A stretch of 64,000 bases of DNA from Bacteriovoracaceae bacterium (GTDB taxonomy: Bacteria > Bdellovibrionota > Bacteriovoracia > Bacteriovoracales > Bacteriovoracaceae): NCBI GenBank assembly GCA_965224385.1, contig CBDCYX010000012.1, forward strand, positions 246,426-310,425, given 5' to 3'. Position numbers and translations under genes: made by a program. The notes below the pieces were generated by a model. It made no database searches. It saw only the letters and a program-made list of their open reading frames with translations, and was not told where the DNA came from. Of the stretch, positions 8,999-16,716 are shown piece after piece (within the stretch, counting starts at the first letter, position 1; each line of letters opens with the position of its first letter).

Positions 8999-9937
8999 AT
9001 GTTGTCAATATCACAAAAAATAAAAAAAGAATTATTAAAGGGGAGGAATTCTAACATTATTGATATAGAAGCAATTCAAGCAGGAGCTTCTCTTGCAAAA
9101 GAAGTTTTAACATACTCCTCAAAGAATAAAAAAACATCCGGATCCATTGACCCTCTTAATAAACTATATATTGATATTACAAATTACCTTGGAGGCATAG
9201 TTGAAACTTTTAATGGGCTTAATGCTTTTAGAAAAGTAGCAAATAAAATGCTAAAAGATCGAGATGATTATATGCCAAGCTATCCTCCTATGAGTCCTAT
9301 AAGTAAGTCTTATTACATTGCATGGGAACTCTATGATATGCAACTTGGAATAGAAAAAGAAACTCTTGCTAGTATAATTCTTGATACTCTAAGTTTACAC
9401 AAAGATGTTGTAGATGCAGAATTAATAAAAATAATAAAACATATTACTCAAACAAAAATGGGTATTTTTGAAGTATGTGAAAAAAACAAAAAGCTTATTT
9501 TATTAAAGGAATTAATTTCAGAAGAGGAGTTTTGGGCCATATCTAGTTCCGGGTACGAAGGAGCTGTTGGCCAATTGTGGTATGCCAGACGAATGCCAAC
9601 AATTTTGGGCCCTTATGATTATTCTGTGATAGTTACTACCCCTTATGTTTTGCTAAACGATAAAAAAGATTGGATTGATTTTTTTAATAAGCGTGGAGTT
9701 TTTAAAAGAAACTTATACAACTTTATGAAATTTGGTCCTAAGAAAAATTTTTGGAATGAATTTATATTTTATGGTTATTATAATTTTATCGATCAAGCTA
9801 TATTTTTAAGTGGGTTACCTGAACATAACGAAATACTTCCATGCTCTAGTTCATTTCAGGGAAACAGAAGCGAAGTTATGTCACGATTAATGTTTGAATT
9901 TCACAGAGCTTCTTCTAATTCTCTTGTGAGTCCGTAG
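8999..9937 (+). CDS. Hypothetical protein (312 aa), very A+T-rich gene
   Basis: Long ORF with GGAGGA 7 nt upstream of the ATG. I recognise no motif. Confidence 0.55.
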   Translation: MLSISQKIKKELLKGRNSNIIDIEAIQAGASLAKEVLTYSSKNKKTSGSIDPLNKLYIDITNYLGGIVETFNGLNAFRKVANKMLKDRDDYMPSYPPMSPISKSYYIAWELYDMQLGIEKETLASIILDTLSLHKDVVDAELIKIIKHITQTKMGIFEVCEKNKKLILLKELISEEEFWAISSSGYEGAVGQLWYARRMPTILGPYDYSVIVTTPYVLLNDKKDWIDFFNKRGVFKRNLYNFMKFGPKKNFWNEFIFYGYYNFIDQAIFLSGLPEHNEILPCSSSFQGNRSEVMSRLMFEFHRASSNSLVSP

Positions 9938-10054
9938 TTCTCGCTTAAAATTTGTAGATTTTTTACGCAACGCATATTGGCCTTTTCTTAATCCTCCGGT
10001 AAAATTTTCAAAAAAAAACAAATTCAAATTTCACAAAGGAGAAAAGGCCAATGG

Positions 10055-11735
10055 GTGCGCCAAGTAAAGCGCAAATAATCCGGTTGGTGAAAATCCAACC
10101 AAGAGAAAGAGAGGTCATCACTCTTGAAGAGACCCTCGCATTTATGGAGGCGACAAAATAAATGAGGCCGAGGGAATCAATGCACCAGGCCGTAACGAAA
10201 GTGAACGTGTTTGGCCCCGTAATTTTCATCGTGACAAAGGTCGACGCTTCCCATTGCAGCGGAAGACAGCATAATTTCTCACGACAACGACAAGAGAGAG
10301 ATAACTTTGTCGGGGTTTTAAGCGATGGCATGGTTCAAGATGGATTATTTGTGAACTTGGGATATCTGCATAGTTCTGCCAGAGAAGGAAGGCGGTATGT
10401 CGGAACAAGTCTGAAAGGACGAGGACTGACAAAAGACGATGCAGAAGTCGGATCGGGAGGTAGTACTTGGAGCGAGATAAGGACTCGCACATGGGGAAGC
10501 ACCCGACAGCTAGATGGCAATTTTAACACCGGTACTCGTAACCCACCGAGGTTAACAGAATGAGGACGCTTGGTAAGTTAAAGTTGATAGCGGAAAAGGC
10601 AAAGAGGGATAAAGGGTTTAAGTTTACATCACTTGCCCACCTTATTAACGAGGAGTCCCTTTGTATGTGCTACGGTGAACTTAAAAGAAGTAAGGCACCT
10701 GGCATTGATGGAGTAACGGTCGAAGACTACGGAGAAAATCTAGAGGAGAACCTGAAGTCCCTCGTGGAACGGATGAAGACGAAGAGATATCGACCTCAAC
10801 CGGTAAAGCGAGTTCACATTCCGAAACCGGGAAAGAGAGAAAAGCGGAAGCTGGGAATCCCAACGGTAGAAGATAAGTTGGTTCAACTAATGATGAAGAA
10901 AATTTTGGAGTCAATTTTTGAACAAGATTTTTCTGACATCTCCTATGGTTTTAGACCACAAAGGAACTGTCATCAGGCAGTGAATCGTCTTGATAAGACG
11001 GTAATGAGAACATCGGTTAACTATGTAGTGGATGTAGATATTGAAAAGTTTTTCGATAATGTATCCCATTACTGGTTACTGAGATGTTTGGAGGAAAGGA
11101 TCAACGATCCTAACTTTCTCCTACCGGTGAGAAGATTCTTGAAAGCAGGCATATGGGAGGAAGGAATCCTTCACTCAAGCAAAGTAGGGACTCCTCAAGG
11201 AGGAGTGATTACTCCGATATTAGCGAACATTTATCTTCATTATGTATTAGATATCTGGTTTGAACGACGATTCAGACGAGAGTCGAAAGGTAAGGTAGAA
11301 ATGATTCGTTACTGTGACGACTTTGTAGTCTGCTGTGAGAGCAAGAAGGATGCAGAAAACTTTGTAGAGGACTTGGGAAAGAGATTTTCAAAATTCAACT
11401 TGAATATTTCCCAAGAAAAGACCTCTATTGTTAAGTTTGGTAGAAATGCTTGGAAGACCTATGAAAAGGGTGGCAAGCGAGTAGCAACCTTTAACTTTTT
11501 AGGATTCACCCACTATTGTACAAAAAGTCGCAGAGGTAAGTTTATTATGGGGCATAAGACTCAGAAGAATAAACTATCCAAGGCGGTAAGAGAGCTTAAT
11601 ACCTGGTTAAAGAAGATCAGAAACATGCTCCCATTGCGAGAATGGTGGAAAATCCTAAGAGCAAAACTTGTAGGACATTACAATTACTTTGGGATTAGCG
11701 GGAATATGAGATGCCTAAGGCAATTTTATATTATT
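10055..11735 (+). mobile_element. Group II intron, 3'-truncated (domains V/VI not found)
   Basis: Starts with the canonical GTGCG (10055-10059). ~500 nt of structured non-coding RNA precede the intron-encoded RT ORF. RT homology stops near ..LRQFYII, and no domain V-like hairpin is visible in 11735-11975. Confidence 0.7.
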
Positions 11736-11810
11736 GCCAGATTTTCCCGTTTTAAGGGCAGTTTTTTTCAGCTTTGTTTAAAACCTATGGCATCAACTCT
11801 TTGCTTGTAA
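10560..11810 (+). CDS. Group II intron reverse transcriptase/maturase (C-terminus replaced by unrelated sequence)
   Basis: RT motifs PGIDG, GIPTVEDKLVQ, GFRPQRNCHQA, TPQGGVITPILANIYL and YCDDFVV. Maturase-X motif LVGHYNYFGISGN. No endonuclease domain is present. Confidence 0.85.
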   Translation: MRTLGKLKLIAEKAKRDKGFKFTSLAHLINEESLCMCYGELKRSKAPGIDGVTVEDYGENLEENLKSLVERMKTKRYRPQPVKRVHIPKPGKREKRKLGIPTVEDKLVQLMMKKILESIFEQDFSDISYGFRPQRNCHQAVNRLDKTVMRTSVNYVVDVDIEKFFDNVSHYWLLRCLEERINDPNFLLPVRRFLKAGIWEEGILHSSKVGTPQGGVITPILANIYLHYVLDIWFERRFRRESKGKVEMIRYCDDFVVCCESKKDAENFVEDLGKRFSKFNLNISQEKTSIVKFGRNAWKTYEKGGKRVATFNFLGFTHYCTKSRRGKFIMGHKTQKNKLSKAVRELNTWLKKIRNMLPLREWWKILRAKLVGHYNYFGISGNMRCLRQFYIIARFSRFKGSFFQLCLKPMASTLCL

Positions 11811-11975
11811 TTTTTTTGTCAAATATGCGAACTTTCGATGAATTGAAGAGAATTTACTCTGTATTTTTGGGAACGGAACGGTCGAGTAGCAATACTAAGG
11901 CGTACAAAGACAATATTATCTTGTTAATGCCTCTAGCACTCTTCCCTTTATGGTGATATCGGTAACAGCAAAACG

Positions 11976-13391
11976 CTATGAAGTATCAGGTGAACGTCTT
12001 TTAATCAAAAGTTCCAAAAGATGTTGCCAACCTTCCAATGGTATAAGCTCGTAGGCCGTTCGAATAACATCATAAAGATGGGACTTATATTTATAAACGG
12101 CCAAGGCCTTTTGAAAAATAATGTCTTTGAGCTGAACCGTTTGATCTATAAGAAATTGCAACATCATTAAGAGAACAACTACATAAGAAAGATTTTTCTT
12201 CCCATGCCCAAAATTGTGTTTAAAATGATATCCCTCAACAGTCAATGTTCTAAAAGTATTATTCTCAATATGCCACCGCACTCTTCCTCCTTTCATAACT
12301 TCAAAAACATTCATAGAATGTCCTTTAATCTGAGAACGTTCGGGATTCATCAAAGTGATGTCCGTCACCCAAGAAAAATGCTTTTTAACGACTTCTAATC
12401 CTCGCTTCCCTTGCCACCGAATCGTTTCCTTGTAGTCCAAAAAATTACAGGTAAACTCTGCTGAAGATGCAGAATTGTCTAATCGAAGATCATTACTGTG
12501 TCGGAATCTTTGAGAAACTTCTTTCTTAACCTTCTCACCGATTTGTTCGTTACGTTCGTAAGAGATCACAGGTTCTTCATTTTCTTTTAGTCGATTATCT
12601 TTATCTCGACACGCTCGGTCTTCGACAAAGTTAAAAAGCTTTTTATGACCTTTAGGCCTAACATTAAGAATGTAAGACATCTTGTGTGCTTGAAGGTACC
12701 GAACAAGGTCTCCTCTAGCATACAAGGCATCTCCGCAGATAATCATGTTGAGTTGAGGATGATCTTTTCTCAAGCGTTTAATTAATCTCTTCGTTGCAGA
12801 ATATTCACAGTCATTCTTCTCGCTACCGTCACTTTTCATAATACCTTCAACCGCAAGTGGGATAACTTCTTTTTTTGAAGGGTGAACTATGACTGCAGAA
12901 ACAATTTGGTGGTAATACGTTTCCGTACCGTTCCTATGACGTTTAACCATGCAAGAATCGCAATGAATTTCTTTAGATGAAAAATATTGTGTCCCGTCGA
13001 TTGCTACAAGATAATAGGGTCGTTTGTTTTTTCGAGTAAACTCAAAATCAGTGAGACTCTTGTTCCGTTGAAGGTACTGAAAAAGAGATTTGAAGAGAGG
13101 ATATAAATATTCCGGGGAAATTTCGTCAAGAATTTTCCGTGTTTGTGTATCTGAAGGGATTTTCTTAAGTCCGAAGAGTGATGCAAAATTTCCGCCAGAC
13201 TCATCATTGGCACGGACTTCCTCAAGCTTTAGCAATGAAGGCAATTTTAAAGCGAAGATTCCTAACATACTCATGAGCGCATCCTCTAAGGGAATGCTTT
13301 TATTTGGGCCTCTAGCATCCGGTATCTTTTTAAATCCTTTGTAAATATGAGAAAACAATTTCTCATAAAGTCCGCTAATCCTTCTCATCAT
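11976..13391 (-). CDS. DDE transposase of the 'type-2' IS (IS4-superfamily-like), full length
   Basis: 471 aa with LVAIDGTQ, ICGDALYA and RWHIENNTFRTLT motifs. N-terminal fragments of the same family occur at 8434-8563 and 53186-53235. Confidence 0.8.
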   Translation of the reverse strand: MMRRISGLYEKLFSHIYKGFKKIPDARGPNKSIPLEDALMSMLGIFALKLPSLLKLEEVRANDESGGNFASLFGLKKIPSDTQTRKILDEISPEYLYPLFKSLFQYLQRNKSLTDFEFTRKNKRPYYLVAIDGTQYFSSKEIHCDSCMVKRHRNGTETYYHQIVSAVIVHPSKKEVIPLAVEGIMKSDGSEKNDCEYSATKRLIKRLRKDHPQLNMIICGDALYARGDLVRYLQAHKMSYILNVRPKGHKKLFNFVEDRACRDKDNRLKENEEPVISYERNEQIGEKVKKEVSQRFRHSNDLRLDNSASSAEFTCNFLDYKETIRWQGKRGLEVVKKHFSWVTDITLMNPERSQIKGHSMNVFEVMKGGRVRWHIENNTFRTLTVEGYHFKHNFGHGKKNLSYVVVLLMMLQFLIDQTVQLKDIIFQKALAVYKYKSHLYDVIRTAYELIPLEGWQHLLELLIKRRSPDTS

Positions 13392-13459
13392 AAATATTAA
13401 AGCAAAAAAATTATTCCTTGAACAGGCCTAATGCAGCGCAAATGCTTATTTATTTTTAT

Positions 13460-13705
13460 CTCAAGTGTGGCCCTAAAACCTCTTTCTTCAGGGAGAGGAT
13501 GTGAGGCCACGCCCTTCGGCGAGAAAAAAAAATATTGTCTTTTGAAGAATATCATAATATATTGGATTTGTCGGAACAAAAACCGACCTACCGTAGGGAC
13601 TACGGGATGTGAAGCTCGTGGAGACGGTGTAAGACCTAGGAACTCGTGTTCTAGGCGTTTGTCGGTGAAGCAAGAATCTCCTCACTTTAGTGAGGGGTAG
13701 TTCAA
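13460..13705 (+). mobile_element. Non-autonomous IS200/IS605 mini-element (LE + linker + RE/omega-RNA-like scaffold), copy A
   Basis: The first ~72 bp match the LE of the full IS (reverse complement of 25720-25791). The last ~130 bp align with the tnpB 3' end/RE (reverse complement of 24058-24200). It is preceded by TTTAT and ends in TTCAA. It sits in the leader of the type-2 IS. Confidence 0.85.
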
Positions 13706-14012
13706 GGAATACAAGTAGGCCAGAAATCTTATGTAAGAGAAAATTTAAGCTAAAATTGTCTAGAATGGCGGTATGGAGATTTCTTCGTAAGTTTGACCAC
13801 TCGTTCAAAAAAGTTCAGAAAGAATACTGTGAGACGAATAAAACGAACCAGACAAAATGGAAAAAATATATTCTACCAAAAATCAAAAAAACGGTTAAAC
13901 CCCATAGCGCCTACTTTATAAGAAAAATTATGCCAAAAGACCTTGAATTCTTTCAAATATACCGTATTATTCAGTCTAGTGATGCGCTTGTGATGTGAAT
14001 TCAGGCAAAATA

Positions 14013-15473
14013 ATGAGAAACCCTCTTTTTCACTTTATTTCCATGATGTCTTTTTTTCTTATGGATTATCCTCTTGTAGAGGCAAGTCAGAAAAATCTAA
14101 AACAAGAACAAAAAACGGTATCTCTTTTTAGAGGAGTACTTAACAAAAATGGATATAATTGTCTCCCCTATAATAATGGGAAAAACTGTCTTGCTATGTT
14201 TGTCGATTTTTCCATAGAAAAAGTTTTTTTAAAAAAATGTGAACAAATAGAAGAGCAAAGAAATAACGGTAGCTATCAATGTGAAGAGGAAAGAGTTTTG
14301 GATTTTGATGAAATTTACATATTTACAGAAAGCTCTTATTGTAAAATGGAAACAAATCAGAAGTACTGCAGAGTTTTTAAAGAATTTAGAAAAACATATT
14401 ATCCATGGATTGGAAAAAGATTTGTAGGAGGAATAGAAAATATTCTTTCTAGTGCAGCGATAGGTCTTATGCTTTTTGGTGCTGTAGCACTTATGGGATT
14501 TATTGGTCATGGAATAGGTATCGGAAGTAAATATTTTTTTGAAACTGCAAAAAACAGTGTGCTTATTGGAACCTACATTGGAATAGTTTTTGGAGGTATC
14601 TTTGCTGCCGGTTATGGCATTCGTTTTTCTTTAATAGGCGGAATTTTTGGTTTTCATATAATATTGGGTGGGTTTCTTGGTGCTATCATGGGGGGCGTTT
14701 TAACAGCTATTTTTTTAGGTCGAATTCCTCACGTTTTAGGTGCTATTGCCATTGGAGGTATGATCGGAACCGTCTTTGGAAGCATTTCCGGTGGTTCTTT
14801 TTTAGAAAAGTTTAGAAGATCTGAAATGGTTTCTGAGTTACAGCATTATTATAATCAATACAATTTTAGTAAAGAAGAAATAAACCTTATGATCAATAAT
14901 CTAGACCCGGTTTCAAATCTACCTCATGACAATAATGAGAGAAAACGATTGTCATATGAATTTAAAGACATTCTCTTAAAGTTGTGTAAAAACCCCTGTA
15001 AATTAAAACCAAAAGTAGGGAAACCTTTTAATATAGAATGGTTTGAGAAAGAAAATAACAAAAAAGAAATACCTCACAAAAGCTTTATCGAGATAAGATT
15101 AAATGGTAAATATTTTGATTTATTTGAAGCATTGCCGGAGAGAGAAACTCCTTTACCTTTTGCTCAAAAGCTGTTTTTTAGTGACCATCGTTATCAAATA
15201 TATTCATTTACTGTATCTGTTGCTTCTACAACAGGATATGATTACTATTTTAGAAGAATTGGCGATGAGTTTTACCTCTTAAACCCTGATCCGATCCCCA
15301 TGCTTAATTATGATTACAATGCAAAAGGAAAAGATAATAATGAAAATTTTTTTAGTATTGGAAGTTTCAGAGGCCGTCATTTCGATAAAAATGGTAAGAA
15401 AGCTACCTTAGAATCTTTAAGAACAAATTATAAATTGGAGGATAATCGTCTTATTGTAACGGAGGCGGAATAA
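14013..15473 (+). CDS. Membrane protein with signal peptide and Gly-zipper transmembrane region
   Basis: The ORF opens at 13995 (GTG). The ATG at 14013 gives MRNPLFHFISMMSFFLMDYPLVEA. The central region is GxxxG-rich (..GGIFAAGYG..GGIFGFHIILGGFLGAIMGG..). Confidence 0.6.
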   Translation: MRNPLFHFISMMSFFLMDYPLVEASQKNLKQEQKTVSLFRGVLNKNGYNCLPYNNGKNCLAMFVDFSIEKVFLKKCEQIEEQRNNGSYQCEEERVLDFDEIYIFTESSYCKMETNQKYCRVFKEFRKTYYPWIGKRFVGGIENILSSAAIGLMLFGAVALMGFIGHGIGIGSKYFFETAKNSVLIGTYIGIVFGGIFAAGYGIRFSLIGGIFGFHIILGGFLGAIMGGVLTAIFLGRIPHVLGAIAIGGMIGTVFGSISGGSFLEKFRRSEMVSELQHYYNQYNFSKEEINLMINNLDPVSNLPHDNNERKRLSYEFKDILLKLCKNPCKLKPKVGKPFNIEWFEKENNKKEIPHKSFIEIRLNGKYFDLFEALPERETPLPFAQKLFFSDHRYQIYSFTVSVASTTGYDYYFRRIGDEFYLLNPDPIPMLNYDYNAKGKDNNENFFSIGSFRGRHFDKNGKKATLESLRTNYKLEDNRLIVTEAE

Positions 15474-15482
15474 TATGCAATA

Positions 15483-15560
15483 GGCCTTAATGCTTTCAAA
15501 CATGGGGCCTTTGAGAAGATCAATATTTTCATGGGCCGTACAAGAGATGGGAAGAATTTT
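15483..15560 (-). pseudogene. obg: obg (GTPase) remnant, C-terminal piece
   Basis: Translates as KKILPISCTAHENIDLLKGPMFESIKAY, matching the Obg pattern P.ISA.T.EGID.L. Confidence 0.45.
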
Positions 15561-15565
15561 TTTAT

Positions 15566-15811
15566 CTCAAGTGTGGCCCTAAAACCTCTTCCTTCAGGGA
15601 GAGGATGTGAGGCCACGCCCTTCGGCGAGAAAAAAAAATATTGTCTTTTGAAGAATATCATAATATATTGGATTTGTCGGAACAAAAACCGACCTACCGT
15701 AGGGACTACGGGATGTGAAGCTCGTGGAGACGATGTAAGACCTAGAAACTTGTGTTCTAGGCGATTGTCGGTGAAGCAAGAATCTTCTCACTTTAGTGAG
15801 GGGTAGTTCAA
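15566..15811 (+). mobile_element. Non-autonomous IS200/IS605 mini-element, copy B
   Basis: 246 bp, near-identical to copies A and C. Preceded by TTTAT (15561-15565) and ends in TTCAA (15807-15811). It separates the two obg remnants. Confidence 0.85.
15641..15669 (+). promoter_or_regulatory. Putative sigma70-type promoter in the mini-element linker, reading into the omega-RNA-like scaffold
   Basis: TTGTCT-17 nt-TATATT. The same motif is at 13535-13563 (copy A) and 52033-52061 (copy C). A diverged version, TTGACA-17 nt-TTAAAT, is at 39001-39029 (copy D). Confidence 0.4.
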
Positions 15812-16010
15812 TGAGTGCTTTTTCAAAAAAGTTTTGAAATTTTTTTGTCTCCTTTTGGGAAGAGCATCAATTTTTGCAAGGCAAACGATTTCTGTTTTCT
15901 TTAACAACTCCGGATTATATTTTTCAAGCTCGATCTTAACCGTCGTATAAGCATTGTAGGCCTCATAGACGTCAAGGCACCACGAAATATCAACTATATG
16001 GACAAAGGCC
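15812..16010 (-). pseudogene. obg: obg (GTPase) remnant, central piece
   Basis: Translates as AFVHIVDISWCLDVYEAYNAYTTVKIELEKYNPELLKKTEIVCLAKIDALPK. This matches the Obg pattern HV.D.S...D...Y..I..EL..Y...L..K..IV..NK.D, with the NKxD Asn replaced by Ala. The N-terminal two thirds are absent. Confidence 0.55.
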
Positions 16011-16032
16011 CTTGTGATGTGAATTCAGGAAG

Positions 16033-16716
16033 TCAAGTTGTTTTTTGTAACTTTCTTATGTTTTCGGCAATTATTGGTGTTTTTCCGAGAAAGTGGAAAA
16101 ATTTTTTCACTTCGGCCTTCCGATTTAAACAGGCCAGATAGGAGTAAGACAGGGCACTTAGGCCGCAGGGAGACAGTGATTCAAGGGCCGTGAAGTCTAG
16201 GGGTAAAGGCCCTATATTTAAGGCCAGGCCATGATTGGTAATAAAACGGTTGATACCGACACCGATACTCGCATATTTTTTTCCGTCCTTCCAAAGCCCT
16301 AGAGGATTTTTTTTGGCCTCTAGATCAATACGAAGATGTTCCCAAACTAGGGCCGTCGTAAAATTTTGAATCCAACGAAGATAAGATTTAAATCCAAAAC
16401 TTTTCGTCAGTTTGGTAATAAGATAGATGACTAATTGGTTTGGCCCATGAAATGTCACTCCTCCTCCACGATTGACGGAAATAACCTCCCATCCGACAGG
16501 AGGATGAATAATTTTCGGCCCTTGATTTTGCCTCTCTCCTCGGCCTTGGGTAAGGACACAGGGATGGCCGCATAAAATGAGATGTTTTGCAGAAGAGGAC
16601 TTTCTGACTTGCTCCGTTAACTCTTCTTGAAAGGCAAGAAACTTTCTATAGGGAAAATTGGGGATAATGTGAACGGCCGTATCTCGAAAATTAAACGAAT
16701 TCACGACGGGTTTCAA
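16033..16716 (-). CDS. lipB: Octanoyltransferase LipB
   Basis: 227 aa with ..ILCGHPCVLTQGRG.., ..NRGGGVTFHGPNQLV.Y.. and ..ASIGVG.. motifs. It overlaps the lipA stop. Confidence 0.85.
   Translation of the reverse strand: MKPVVNSFNFRDTAVHIIPNFPYRKFLAFQEELTEQVRKSSSAKHLILCGHPCVLTQGRGERQNQGPKIIHPPVGWEVISVNRGGGVTFHGPNQLVIYLITKLTKSFGFKSYLRWIQNFTTALVWEHLRIDLEAKKNPLGLWKDGKKYASIGVGINRFITNHGLALNIGPLPLDFTALESLSPCGLSALSYSYLACLNRKAEVKKFFHFLGKTPIIAENIRKLQKTT

Noticed and set aside
9979-10049. Inverted repeat GGCCTTTTCT...AGAAAAGGCC just upstream of the intron insertion site, considered as the terminator-stem target typical of class C group II introns.
   Set aside because: The arms are separated by a 51-nt loop and there is no T-run, so it is not a convincing terminator. 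The class assignment is left open.
10162-10563. ORFs 10162..10563, 10226..10492, 10335..10529 and 10008..10331 upstream of the RT gene.
   Set aside because: They overlap one another on both strands within the region expected to be group II intron RNA domains I-IV. No coding signal is present.
10560-11810. Reverse transcriptase near genes with variable C-terminal regions: considered a diversity-generating retroelement or a retron.
   Set aside because: The RT has group II intron hallmarks: intron 5' GTGCG, a long structured upstream RNA and the maturase X motif GHYNYFG. I found no template/variable repeat pair with adenine-specific differences near it and no msr/msd-like inverted repeats. The variable lipoprotein regions differ by all substitution types.
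13431-13700. Track ORFs of 60-106 aa across the mini-elements (also 13397..13579, 13488..13808, 15531..15806, 15594..15791, 51938..52165, 51943..52182, 25692..25928).
   Set aside because: They lie entirely in repeated LE/RE sequence. The '..RPTVGTTGCEARGD.VRP..' translation merely echoes the TnpB C-terminus (AVGTTVTACGDSVRPK) from which the scaffold derives. They have no RBS or start context, and ORFs occur on both strands.
13690-13998. ORF with ..LSRMAVWRFLRKFDHSFKKVQKEY.., reminiscent of the HTH region of IS630/Tc1-type transposases.
   Set aside because: Only ~25 residues resemble that family, and no DDE region or inverted repeats are visible. This is too weak to annotate as a feature.
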